A stretch of 64,000 bases of DNA from Octopus sinensis (lineage: Eukaryota), in NCBI RefSeq assembly GCF_006345805.1, contig NC_043005.1, forward strand, positions 53,940,001 through 54,004,000. Reading direction: 5' to 3'. Of the stretch, positions 27,476-39,160 are shown in pieces. The notes beneath the pieces were generated by a model. The model was not told where the DNA came from. It saw only the letters and a list, made by a program, of their open reading frames with translations, and ran no database searches. The translations under genes were made by a program, and so were the position numbers. The stretch's first letter is position 1. Every line of letters begins with the position of its first letter.

Positions 27476-27859
27476 GCACAGACTGAAAGATAAGCAGATA
27501 TATATATAAAGCAAACATTTATTTAAAATTATATATGTACGTATCTCTGTGGAGGGGGTGCATGTGCATGCATGTGTGTGTATGTATGTATGCATGTATG
27601 CATGCATGTATGTATATATGTATGTATGCATGTATGTATATGAGAAGAAGCATTTCTTTTAAACATGCATTTTTAATGCCACATTTTACAGTACCATGCA
27701 TTTTCTTATAATTTCTTATGTGTTTCTTTGTATTTTGTAGGAATGGCAAATCTGGTTAAATCTTGACAAATCCAATCAACATTTTTATTATTTTATCATG
27801 GTCACATCTTCCTGTAAAAGTGGCTGGTGCTGGAAGATAGTGCTTACATAATCATCACT

Positions 27860-27894
<35 letters not shown>

Positions 27895-28869
27895 TTAAAA
27901 TCCATTTTCCATGCTAGCATGAGCTTGGATAGTTTGACAGGATCTGGTGAGGCATAGGGATGCACCATGCTACATGTGAGCTTTGGCATGGATTTTATGG
28001 CTGGATGTTTTTCCTAATGCTAAAAACATTACAGTGTGTACTGGTTGACATTTTTTCTAATGCCACCAGCACTCTTGAGGTTGCAAAGTAATTTACATGA
28101 CAAGGAACTAGCAGAAACGTTAGCACGCAGGTGAAATACTTAGTGGTATTTCATCTGCCGTTATGTTCTGAGTTCAAATTCCGCTGAGGTCGACTTTGCC
28201 TTTCATCTTTTCAGGGTCAATAAATTAAGTACCAGTTATGCACTGGAGTCGATGTAATCGACTTAATCCCTTTTGTCTGTCCTTGTTTGTCCCCTCTATG
28301 TTTAGCTCCTTGTGTGCAATAAAGAAATAAGGAAGAACAAGAAAAAGAGAAGGGGAAAAGGGAAACCCTATCGACTAACTGGAGAAGTGGCATAGCTAAT
28401 AGGGGAGCACATTTTCCAAAATTGGCACCTCTTCAACAATGTTTTTAACTGTTTGGTTCACTAGTGCGATAAAAATTGAATTTTTTTTTTCTGTTAATCA
28501 CATGACTTTGAAGAACTCTCTGGAGTCTTTACTTTATTTGACCAACCTCCTGTGTTTTTGAACTGTGATGTGTTGGTACCCGCTGACATCTGAAGAACCA
28601 AAACAAACCTTGACGTCATAACTTCTTGACACTGGACTATCTCGTGAAGTTTCATCTTCTTACATCAGTAAGTTTTATACGTAATGACATTGTTACTGGA
28701 ACATGAAGTTAAGGAATGTATAATACAATTACATTTATTATATGTAATAAAATATTTCATGCAATATAGGAGAAATGAGTTAAAAATTTGTTTGGTATGT
28801 GTCACAGCGCCTTCTTGTTAAGTGTTTGCTTCCACTAATTTTAGAACCTGGTTACACCTCTGAAGTGGG

Positions 28870-29085
28870 GATTACCTCAATAATGAATATGATCTTATTA
28901 TTGTGATTGATGACCTCATTAATAATGTTGGGTAGCATTACGATGGACTGCAGGGTGTACATAGAGGTTACAGCTACAGTTCTAGAAATGAGGGCATAAG
29001 ACTGTTGGAGGTCTATTGATGCAATGACTTGATGATATGCAAAACTGAATTCAGGAAATAAGTCAGTCATCTATTCACCTATCAA
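28870..29085 (+). mobile_element. RTE-type APE endonuclease relic
   Basis: LIIVIDDLINNVG*...GVHRGYSYSSRNEGIRLLEVY*CNDLMICKTEFRK*VSHLFTY matches the GDFNAHVG...RNEEG.RLL..C..NDL.I.NT.F..HL.TY pattern. Confidence 0.7.
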
Positions 29086-30287
29086 ACTGATATGCCTTTC
29101 ATGTAGGCAGGATAAATGAAATTGGGGGAAAGAGTCAAAAGGGTAGATCACGGGTTCAATTCCTGGACCAGGTAATGCATTTTGTCCTTGAGCAAAACAT
29201 TTCATTTCACATTGTTCTGCAGGAAGGAGAGTGGCAGAATCATTAGTACATCAGCAGAAGTGCTTTACAGTACATCTTCCAGCTCTCTACATTCTGAGTT
29301 CAAATCCAACCTGCCTGGAGGAGTCAGTGGAAAAACCACTAAATTATTCCCTCCAAGTCTCACCATGGTAACCAAAGTTTCAGTAAGCTACTTAATGGTG
29401 ATAGGGGAGAGTCTTTACCTTATCTGCTCCATCTTCTTGCTTACTATTTAAAATTGTCACATGCAAGTTCCCAGCATTGAATTCAGCTAAGTCTTGGGCA
29501 TTATTTGTTCATTAAGATGTGATCCAAAACTGAATTGCCCTACATTTTCTCTCTCCTTTTCATATAAAACTGCAAGTACTGTATGTGCTGCAAATGTATT
29601 CAATAGTAAATAATAATCCTTACTACTAAAAGCTCAAGGTCTGAAATTCTGTGGGAGGGGACTAGTCAATTACATCAACACCAGTGTTTCACTGGCACTT
29701 AAAATATCAACCCTGAAAAGATGAAAGACAAAATCAACCTTGACGGAATTTGAACTAAGAACATAAAGCTGAATGAAATACCACTAAGCATTTTCCCTAG
29801 CATGCCAACAATTCTGCCAGCTTGTCGCCTCGTTAGTCAATAATAATGTTTTTCATCAGTATTATTAAATATTCTGCAATGTTAGATTGACTGCCTATTC
29901 ATAAGATAGTACTAAAATCAGAATTATAAAATTCTAGTCATATTACTAATAATCATATTATTATAAATTTGCAGCTTTATTGAGATTATTATGATAGAGT
30001 CTGAGCAATTATAAAAGTTTTATTAGAGATTTCATGTAGAGAAAATAGCATGTGTCTGCATTTTATTACCCACTTCTTTTGATTTCCCATCCCAACCACA
30101 CCTTTAATAAAGATAAACATGATTTACTCTCCTAGCAGCTCATTACCTTCCCTCTGTAGAAGTACAGGTATAATGTTTGGGTGTACACCCATTAGACCCC
30201 ACACTGACCTATATGTTCTTGAATGTGTGGAGTAAGCATCTACGTATGTATGTATAATGTTTACTTAAATAGATATGAGTAAGTGTC

Positions 30288-30630
30288 AAGGTGCATGGTT
30301 CAGTGGCTAGAGTGTCAGGCTCACTGTCATAGGGTAGTGAGTTCGATTCCCAGACTGGGCTGTGTGTTGTGTTCTTGAGCAAGATACTTTATTTTACATT
30401 GTTCCAGTTCACCCAGCTGTAGAAATGAGTTGCAACATCATTGGTGCCAAGCTGTATCGGCCTTTGTATCAGCCTTTTGTCTCACCGAAAACATCGGTGG
30501 CATGGAGAGGGGAGGCTGATATGCATGGATGACTGCTGGTCTTCCATAAACAACATCACTCGGATTTGTGCCTCAGAGGGCAACTTTCTAGTATAACCTC
30601 ATGATCATTTATGTCTGAAGGGGGTCTTTA
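30288..30630 (+). mobile_element. tRNA-derived SINE family C
   Basis: Head AAGGTGCATGG.TCAGTGG.TAGAG, B-box GAGTTCGATTCC, TTGAGCAAG...CAGCTGTAGAAATG domain. Relatives near 16850-17100, 17635-17885, 22610-22960, 37215-37480(-) and 39165-39275(-). Confidence 0.8.
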
Positions 30631-31134
30631 ATCTTTTATATAGATATGAAATATTCTAATTGCATATGCCTGCATCCTATGTACTTCATTTCTGAATAAA
30701 GGACAAGATGGTTATAGATGGAATGATTTCAAGTGTATGACTGTTCAATAACAGCTGGCTTAGGTTTAACCATTTAGCATTCAGTTTACTTTGTCAAATA
30801 TAATGCTTATTTATTCACATTGCTTTGAATTAATCATGTGTTATGATGCGGCTCTGAGATTTTGATGATGTAATTGTTTATTTTTAGAATGACATTGTGG
30901 GGTAGGTGTAAGAAGCTGGATCTGGTCAGTTTGGACACAAAACAGATGGAATATTTTAGGCTGAATATGGCTGGTTTTGAATACAAAGAGGTTCAACAAA
31001 AACGTGGGCAGTTGCAAGTCTTTCAAAAGGTTGCAGTTCTGGACATAAAATATGGTGAAAGTGCTTAGTGTAAGTAAATGCTGAGTTGCAATACATATGT
31101 TCTTCATTTTTTTTTAGATGGAAAGGGTTTTTTT

Positions 31135-31529
31135 TTCTTGTTTCAGTCATTTGACTGTGGCCATGCCGGAGCACCACCTTTAGTCGAGTAAACTGACCCC
31201 AGGACTTATTTTTTGTGAGCCAAGTACTTATTCTATCAGACTCTTTTGCTGAACTGCTAAGTTAAGTGACGTAAACAGATCAGCATCAGTTGTCAAGTGA
31301 TGTTTGGGGTACAAACACAGACATACAAAACATATGCACACACACACATATATATATACATATATATGATGGGTTTCTTTCAGTTTGCATCTACCAAATC
31401 CTCTCACAAGGCTTTGATCAGCCTGAGGCTATAGTAGAAGACACTTGCCCAAGGTGCCACACAGTGGGAGTGAACCCAGAACCATGTGGTTCGTAAGCAA
31501 GCTACTTACCACACAGCCACTCCTATGCC
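31135..31529 (-). mobile_element. SINE family A; partial copies also near 3830-3960, 4960-5103, 11845-11916, 12850-12960, 22190-22295, 23810-23966 and 61818-61870
   Basis: Aligns with 2561-2969. Confidence 0.8.
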
Positions 31530-31795
31530 TATGTTTGAGAAAGATTTGGCTGCTATATCTGGACTGCCAAAAAAATATGTAGGGGGTTCCTTCATAGCTT
31601 ACATAGTCGCCATGAGAAATCATGTGACAGTGTGTGGGCTAACATATTGTTAACCTTTTTAAGGTCTATAATCTCTAAAAAGATATTGTGTTGAAAGTGT
31701 TTCTCCATGAGGCATACATATGTACACATGCATACACATACACACATTCTTACTTCCATGTACATATATGTGTATATATATACACATATATATAT

Positions 31796-31881
<86 letters not shown>

Positions 31882-31944
31882 CACATACATATATATGTAT
31901 GTATATGTGTGTGTTTATATATATATATATGTATATACGTGTGT

Positions 31945-31989
<45 letters not shown>

Positions 31990-32959
31990 ATATATGTATA
32001 TGTATGTGTGTGTGTGTGTTTATATATATATGACTATATATACATACACACACACGCATGCATGCACATACAAACACGCATGCACACACATGTACACACA
32101 TACATAATACATACACACATATTTAGTAATTGTGTTATTCTCATACAGTTGATTAAGATTAGGTTGTTATGCATCCCTTTGAAGAATATTTTCCAGACCT
32201 TTGATCACGAACGTAATGTAAGTTTAGCATGAGATGACTAGGTTACTCGTGAATGGTGCCCATATGCAAAAAATGTAGTCAGAAAATGCAATGTGGTATC
32301 ATCTACATATGAATAACGTGTATGTGTGTATGAATGTGTGTTTGTGTGCATGTGTGTGTTTGTGTGTTTGTGTCTGTATGTGTGTGTGTGTATAATTCAA
32401 AGTAACGTCATGCATTGATAAGGGAAAGGGAGAATGAAAGAGATACAAGAAGCAATTAACCACAACCAGAATTTGAATTCAGAGCTTTAATCTGCAGCTA
32501 TTTACACGCGCATGTGTTTTTTCTATATTGTCTGAGCTGTATGGGAGGGATATTGACTTTGGATGTTGAGTAGTTATGCTCTGAAGGCAGATGGTTTATA
32601 TATAAATATCTATGCGTGTATGTGTGTGTATGTATATATGTATATATATATATATGTGTGTATATATATCTATATATATATATATATATGTATATGTATG
32701 TATATGTATGTATATATGCATATATATATATTATATATATATATATATATATAATACATATCATCAAAATAAGCAACAGGATATCAAATAGTAATGCAGT
32801 ATGACCATTGCTTATTTTGATTCTATTCACCTTACTTCGAGCTGTGCAGATAATACCGGACCGAATTGGTGCTTCAATTTAAGTACCTAACTTGACTGAA
32901 TCTCAGTTATTTTATATATACATACACACACACACACAACACACACACACACACACACA

Positions 32960-33053
<94 letters not shown>

Positions 33054-33084
33054 TCTCCTTTTTTCTCTCCTTTTTTTTCTCTCC

Positions 33085-33215
33085 TTGTTTTATCTGTGTC
33101 TCTTTCTGTAGAAGAGCGTAGGCTCGAAACATAAAAGACTTTTTCTATTCCTGAGCCTTATACTAATACATCTGTTTGTTTTGTACACCACCTGTCTTCG
33201 TCATTTGTTTTGTTA
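33085..33215 (+). mobile_element. Penelope-like terminus relic with hammerhead-like motif (33101-33138)
   Basis: TCTTT-CTGTAGA-A-GAGC-GTAG-GCTC-GAAA-CA-TA-AAAGA; flanked by (TA)n. Confidence 0.45.
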
Positions 33216-33254
<39 letters not shown>

Positions 33255-33816
33255 GTGACGTTAGAGGTCAATATATATGTTGCTATTATGGTCCTGTTTT
33301 GGTGTTTTCTTTCTCTTTTTTCAGATGCAGGATATGCATATGAGCGTACAGAGATGATTTCTTGGACGTTCCAATGTTGTATTCCAATGATTTTTTTTCG
33401 TACATATACTTTGAGGGGATTTTTGATGTAAAGTATAAAATTTTGAGGTTGAAGTTTGCTATGATAACAAACTCTGTTGGTTGTATCTTTTCATATCTAC
33501 AGTGGTCATTCATTTTAAAGTACTTTTTTATTTCCTTCTGTAGGCACGATCTGTGTACAACCTCTTAAAATGTGAAGTGTGCTGGCATGAGGAGTGTTGG
33601 TGACCTCACTAGCACTGATGGCACAAAAAGAAAAAAAAGCACTCAGCAAGATGATAGGCATTAGGAAGTCATTCACACATAGAGACCATGCCGAAGCAGA
33701 CACTGGAACATGATGCAGTTCTTGGACTCATCAAAGCTTGTGAAACCATACAACCCAGGCCAGCAAGGAACATGGACTTTATATTATTATCATTATTATT
33801 TTTATTATTATTACTG

Positions 33817-34049
33817 AAGGCGGCGAACTGGCAGAAACGTTAGCACGCCGGGCAAAATGCGTAGCCGTATTTCGTCTGCTGTTACGTTCTGGGTTCAAAT
33901 TCCGCTGAGGTCGACTTTGCCTTTCATCCTTTCGGGGTCGATAAATTAAGTACCAGTTACGCACTGGGGTCGATGTAATCGACTTAATCCGTTTGTCTGT
34001 CCTTGTTTGTCCCCTCTGTGTTTATCCTCTTGTGGGTAGTAAGGAAATA

Positions 34050-34050
<1 letters not shown>
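33817..34050 (+). mobile_element. tRNA-derived SINE family B, best copy
   Basis: Head AAGGCGGCGAACTGGCAGAA, B-box GGTTCAAATTCC, central GCCTTTCATCCTTTCGGGGTCGATAAATTAAGTACCAG, (ATT)n tail. Other copies near 2345-2550, 7300-7510, 8280-8495, 28110-28330, 29620-29830, 35690-35876, 40152-40610 (x2), 47765-47915, 48100-48310 and 58012-58212. Confidence 0.85.
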
Positions 34051-34088
<38 letters not shown>

Positions 34089-34128
34089 CATTATTATTAT
34101 TATTATTATTATCATTATTATTATTATT

Positions 34129-34571
34129 GAGTGAGAGAGCAGTAAATGCCATCAAAGTGATACTGGGGTAAAATATATGAAGCCCAGTATGACTACTCGT
34201 CTGATAAGGGTACACCAGGCACATGCATCACAACCATATGTGTGCGACATGGTGATCTCATATCAAGATAAACAGCACATGACCTTGCAGGTGGGGCCCA
34301 GTTAGAATTTTCTTCTGGTCAAGTAACCCATCCCATTCAAAAGGTCTCTGAATAAGGGTTGTTTAAGGAAGTTGAATGAAACACCCATGTTTCCAGAGGT
34401 GAAGTATTCAAATCCCAAAGAATCCCTCTCAACACATGGTTATGATGCTCCTCCAGTACTTCTGCTCATGATCAGAGATGCACATATCGTCAGCCACTAA
34501 GGAACATGCTCAACTGGTTAAAGTCAAACAACTGACAAGCAAATCTGTGGTATTTAGCAGAATATTTACTC
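34129..34571. mobile_element. ~440-bp interspersed repeat embedded in ATT/AAT arrays
   Basis: GC-richer island bounded by (ATT)n-GAGT on the left and ACTC-(AAT)n on the right; class undetermined. Confidence 0.5.
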
Positions 34572-34593
34572 AATAATAATAATAATAATAATA

Positions 34594-34648
<55 letters not shown>

Positions 34649-34650
<2 letters not shown>

Positions 34651-34845
34651 TTCTCTTTATCACAAATTTTGTTGGAGTTCTTAGAGTATTGCATACATAG
34701 TGGGCTTAGTACCTGCAATCTATGGTACCATTCTATTTATTCTTTTTCAGCTATCTAATACTTTCCTGATTATTCTGGCTGTGCCAAGGAGGCAAACTTA
34801 TTGTAACAGTTCTGCTGGGCACTCTATTCCAATTTCTTTTATATC
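34649..34845 (-). mobile_element. R4/Dong-clade 3' end in (TAA)n
   Basis: CPAELLQ*VCLLGTARIIRKVL; homologous to 55632-55830. Confidence 0.8.
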
Positions 34846-34869
34846 ATTATTATTATTATTATTATTATA

Positions 34870-34972
<103 letters not shown>

Positions 34973-35638
34973 TATTATTATCACTATAATAATTATTATT
35001 ACTATTACTTCTCTTCTTCTTTCAATTTTGTTTCCATTTCTTGTCGCATTTCTTCTCGACACCTAGGGCAAAGAAACTCACTGTATACATTGGTAGGCCA
35101 TTAAAATAAATGCACCTGATTGTTCCAATTTCCAAAGTCAAGTTATGCGAGAGATAAAAAGGGAAGAAAGAGATAAAAAAGGATAAAAATATAAAGAATA
35201 TGAAAAAATAAATAGAAAACAAAGAAGAGGATGATGACAATGCATTTTCTCTCAAATTTTTCCACCACCTCAACCTGCAGTGTTATAAGATATTAGTCCC
35301 CTTCTCAGCCAGATACTAGAGTCCTACATTATACTAATCTCACTCTAAGTAGTTGAAGTAACCCTAACCCTTACCCTACCACCATAGTAGATTAAATGAG
35401 AATAATTTGTGAATATAAAGATTAAAAAAAAAGAAAATTAAAAATTAATTGAGGTACTTCATGCAAATTTATGTAGGCTCTCATGGAAGAGAGACTTGGA
35501 AAGAATTAATCAATATTATGGCTGGAATATGATAGAAGGGAATCTAAACTCTTTGAGACAATTCGTAATGAGACAGAAATAATGATGATGATGATAATAA
35601 TAATAATGATAATAATTATAATAATAATAATAATAATG

Positions 35639-35686
<48 letters not shown>

Positions 35687-35874
35687 GTAACCGTTTCAAA
35701 TTTTGCCACAAGGGAAGCAATGTGTCAATTTCATCGACTCCAGTGTTCAACTGTTACTTATTTTGTTGACCCTGAAGGGATGAAAGGTAAAGTCAAAATC
35801 AGCGAAATTGGAACGAAGAACATAGTGATGGGCAAAATACCATTTTATCCAGCACACTAACAATTCTGCCAGCT

Positions 35875-35956
<82 letters not shown>

Positions 35957-35984
35957 TAATGATGATAATAATGATAATAATAAT

Positions 35985-36403
35985 ATGAAAACTATATTTG
36001 ACATTGATGCCACCATAGAAACCATCAAACAAAAGGTATGTGGTAAAGCTGCCCACATAGCAAGGTATGAAAAGTGCGTTAGATTCTTCAAGGACAACAA
36101 CATGTTAAAAAATAATCCCAAAAATGTTTCCAGGAAGATGGGGAAAATACTAATTATAATAAAGTCTGTCCCATCAAAAGAAGAAGTGCAGGAATTTTGG
36201 AATAAAATTTAGGCAGAAGAAAAAACACACAATGAAAAGGCCCCTTAGATTGATGGAATATCTTCAGACTTAGACTCCTTAGAAGAGCAAAAGTGGGAGG
36301 GTGTCAAGGCAGAAGATGTAAGATCTGCTCTCAGGAAGTCAAGCAAATGGAAGTCTCCAGGAAAGGATAAAATTCCTAACTTCTGGTTGAATGCTTTCCC
36401 AGG
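35985..36403 (+). mobile_element. R4/Dong-clade internal fragment (pre-RT region)
   Basis: ...PSKEEVQEFWNKI*...EDVRSALRKSSKWKSPGKDKIPNFWL; starts directly after (AAT)n. Confidence 0.8.
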
Positions 36404-36852
36404 CAGGTTTTTGTTTAACTTGTTTAGTCACTGTTGATTAAGTAGTTTTATGCCCCTAAGTAAGTTCAATGTGTTGGTCACTTCTTTTTCTTGTATTACT
36501 GTGATTATACTGCTCACTGTGCTTTTAAAGTTGACAAGATGTGTTTTAAAGAGTGTAAAGTATGATTTGAAATAGATTTCACAGCTATTTCTAATATGTC
36601 GAGTAACTACTCAGGAACATTTTTTATTGGTTTGGTTGCCTTCAAGAGACAAGTAGCAGCCTTTGATTCATAGCAGGAATATGCAAATACAATTTATATG
36701 GGCATATGTGACAAGTTCTTCATATCAATTTATTTTGGTAACCAAATATTTAACAATTTTGAGTAATTAATTTCTGATTGCAAATTAGAATTCATTTTTT
36801 GATCACTTGGGCTTTCTACAGCAGTAAAAAATGCTTAAAATATGAAGTATTT

Positions 36853-37131
36853 GATATCATCATCATCATCATCATCATCATCCTCCTCTTCATCATCATC
36901 ATCATCATCATCATCCTCATCATCATCGTCGTCGTCGTCGTCGTCGTCGTCATCATCGTCATCATCATTTTCATTGTTATCATCATCATCATCATCATCA
37001 TTTTCATTGTCGTCATCATCATCGTCATTTTCATCATCGTCGTCGTCATCGTCATTTTCATCATCATCATCATCATTTTCATCATCGTGGTCGTCATCGT
37101 AATTTTCATGATCATCATCATCATCATCATC
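36853..37131. repeat. (CAT)/(CGT) triplet array with periodic TTT interruptions
   Basis: Direct reading. Confidence 0.95.
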
Positions 37132-37688
37132 CACATAATGTTTCAAGTATGGTAAAACACTACCTGGCACTCCATCAATTACGACAATCAGGATTCCAGT
37201 TGATCCAATCAATGGAACAGCCCACTTGGGATATTACCATACAAGTGGTTGAGCACTCCACAGACATGTGTAACTATTCTTAGGGAGATTCAGCATGACG
37301 CAGAATATTACAACACTGGCTGTTTGAATTACAGGTACAACTCATTTTTGCCAACTGAAGGAATTGGGACAATGTGAAATAAAGGTGTCTTGCTCAAGGA
37401 CACAACATGCCACCAGGAGTTGAACTCAGAACCTTACAGTCATAAGCTGAATACCCCTAACCACAAAGCCATGCACTTTCACTTGGTTACAAATTAACAT
37501 GGGACAAGAAAAACAGCACAAAAACAAAGTAAAAAAATGACAAAAACAACCACAGAGTAAATGAGGAAAAAGAATTAAATGTCTTTTATATTTCAAGTGT
37601 TCATTCTTTTTCTGAAAAGAATAGACAAGAAGCGAATATACAAGAAATGACAAGGAGAGAAAAATGGAGATATAGAAACACATGCAAT

Positions 37689-37854
37689 CAGGGCCAGCCC
37701 TAAGGTTGCTGGTGCCACGGGCAAATTGAACTTTGGTGTGTACAAGCTGACAGTCATGGAAATTTCCTTGTATTTGTCACGTCCTCCTTGGCACCCTCTA
37801 GCACTTAGTGCCCCAGGTTACTGCCTAAGTTGTCGGAACCTTGAGCTGGCCCTG
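37689..37854. mobile_element. hAT-type MITE
   Basis: TIR CAGGGCCAGC/GCTGGCCCTG and a perfect 8-bp TSD CATGCAAT (37681-88, 37855-62). Confidence 0.85.
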
Positions 37855-37911
37855 CATGCAATATAGATACATGGGTATATTAACATTATTTTCATTAATA
37901 TAAGGGTAATT

Positions 37912-38680
37912 GATGGTGATGAGTTGGCAGAATCATCATCATGCTGACCAAGATGCACAGTGGCATTTCATCAATCTTGACGCTCTCAGTTCAAATTTCA
38001 CTGAGGTCAACTTTGATCTTTCATCTTTCAGGCTTACTAAAATAATACCATTTGAGCACTGGAGATGAAGTAATTGACTTATCCTCTTCCCTGAAATTGC
38101 TGGCTTTGTGCCAAAATTTGAAGCCAATGTAAGTGTGACTGGTTGGCGTTATCATGATAGCCTTAAGGCAACAAGGTGGCAGAATCGTTAGCATGCCGGA
38201 ATTTTGTCTGTCATTATATCCTGAGTTCAAATTCTGGTGAGGTCGACTTTACCTTTCATCCTTTTGGGTCAATAAATTAAATACCATTTGTGTACTGGGG
38301 TTGATCTAATCAACTGGCCCCCCTTCCCAAAAATTTCAGGCCTTGTGTCTAGAGTAGAAAAGAATATTGTGATAGCCATAAGGTGGCAAGCTGGCAGAAT
38401 CATTATCATGCCAGGCAAAATGCTTAGCAGTATTTTTTCTGTCTTTATGTTCTGAGTTCAAATTCCACTGACGTCAACTTTGCCTTTCATCCTTTCGAGG
38501 TCAATAAATTAAATACCAGTTGTGTACCCACAAAATTTCCGGCCTTGTGCCTAGAGTAGAAAGGAATATCATGATAGCCTTGGGCAACAATTTTTTGCTA
38601 TAGTTGTTCTAGCATTTTTCACACTTTGAGTCCAAGTACCTCAGAGGTCATCTTTGCTTTTATATTTCTGGGTTTGTTCA
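37912..38680 (+). mobile_element. Four head-to-tail SINE family B copies
   Basis: Heads at ~37912, 38165, 38380 and ~38580; copies 2-4 share the linker ATCATGATAGCCTT-like. Confidence 0.75.
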
Positions 38681-38715
38681 AATAAAATAGTTTGTTCAAA
38701 TAAAATACTAATTCT

Positions 38716-38838
38716 GGGAGAAATTTCTAACCTGGGTTCTCATTCCTAAAGTATTTTTTGAGTGGTTAAGAGCGTGGGCTACTAACCCCAAGATTCTGAG
38801 TTCGATTCGAGGCAGTGACCTGAATAATAATAATAATG

Positions 38839-38890
<52 letters not shown>

Positions 38891-38949
38891 TGATGATGAT
38901 GATGATGATAATAATAATAATAATAATGATAATAATAATAATAATAATG

Positions 38950-38980
<31 letters not shown>

Positions 38981-39160
38981 TGATAATAATAATAATAATA
39001 ATAATAACAACAACAACATCGAAAAACACCTTAAGAATGAGAACCTAGGTTCGAAATTTCCCAAGACACCTGATGAAGGCTGGAAGGTATATCAAAACGT
39101 TGTGTTAACAACAGACAAGATGAGGGCAAATAGCCGTCAAATGTAAATAATATAAATAAT
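38716..39160 (+). mobile_element. Composite element: inverted partial terminus + tRNA-like head + (TAA)n + degenerate hammerhead (Penelope-type tail)
   Basis: 38716-38760 is a ~80% inverted copy of 39020-39063. A/B-box-like AGTGGTTAAG...GTTCGATTC at 38761-38810. ACAC-CTGATGA-A-GGCTG...AAACG-TT-GTGT at 39066-39105. Confidence 0.55.

Noticed and set aside
28852-29070. 72-aa minus-strand ORF as a host exon
   Set aside because: It is antisense to the RTE endonuclease relic on the plus strand
30140-30175. 7-8 nt microexon signals on both strands
   Set aside because: Overlapping splice-like motifs on both strands with no way to choose; no supporting context
32839-32889. 51-nt exon candidate (VLKLKHQFGPVLSAQLE)
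   Set aside because: Weak acceptor; lies between (TA)/(CA) arrays next to a short inverted repeat, so it is more likely a repeat terminus
38761-38820. Functional tRNA gene
   Set aside because: The 5' acceptor strand is missing and the anticodon stem is mismatched; it is a tRNA-derived head. Other A/B-box hits in the window are SINE heads.
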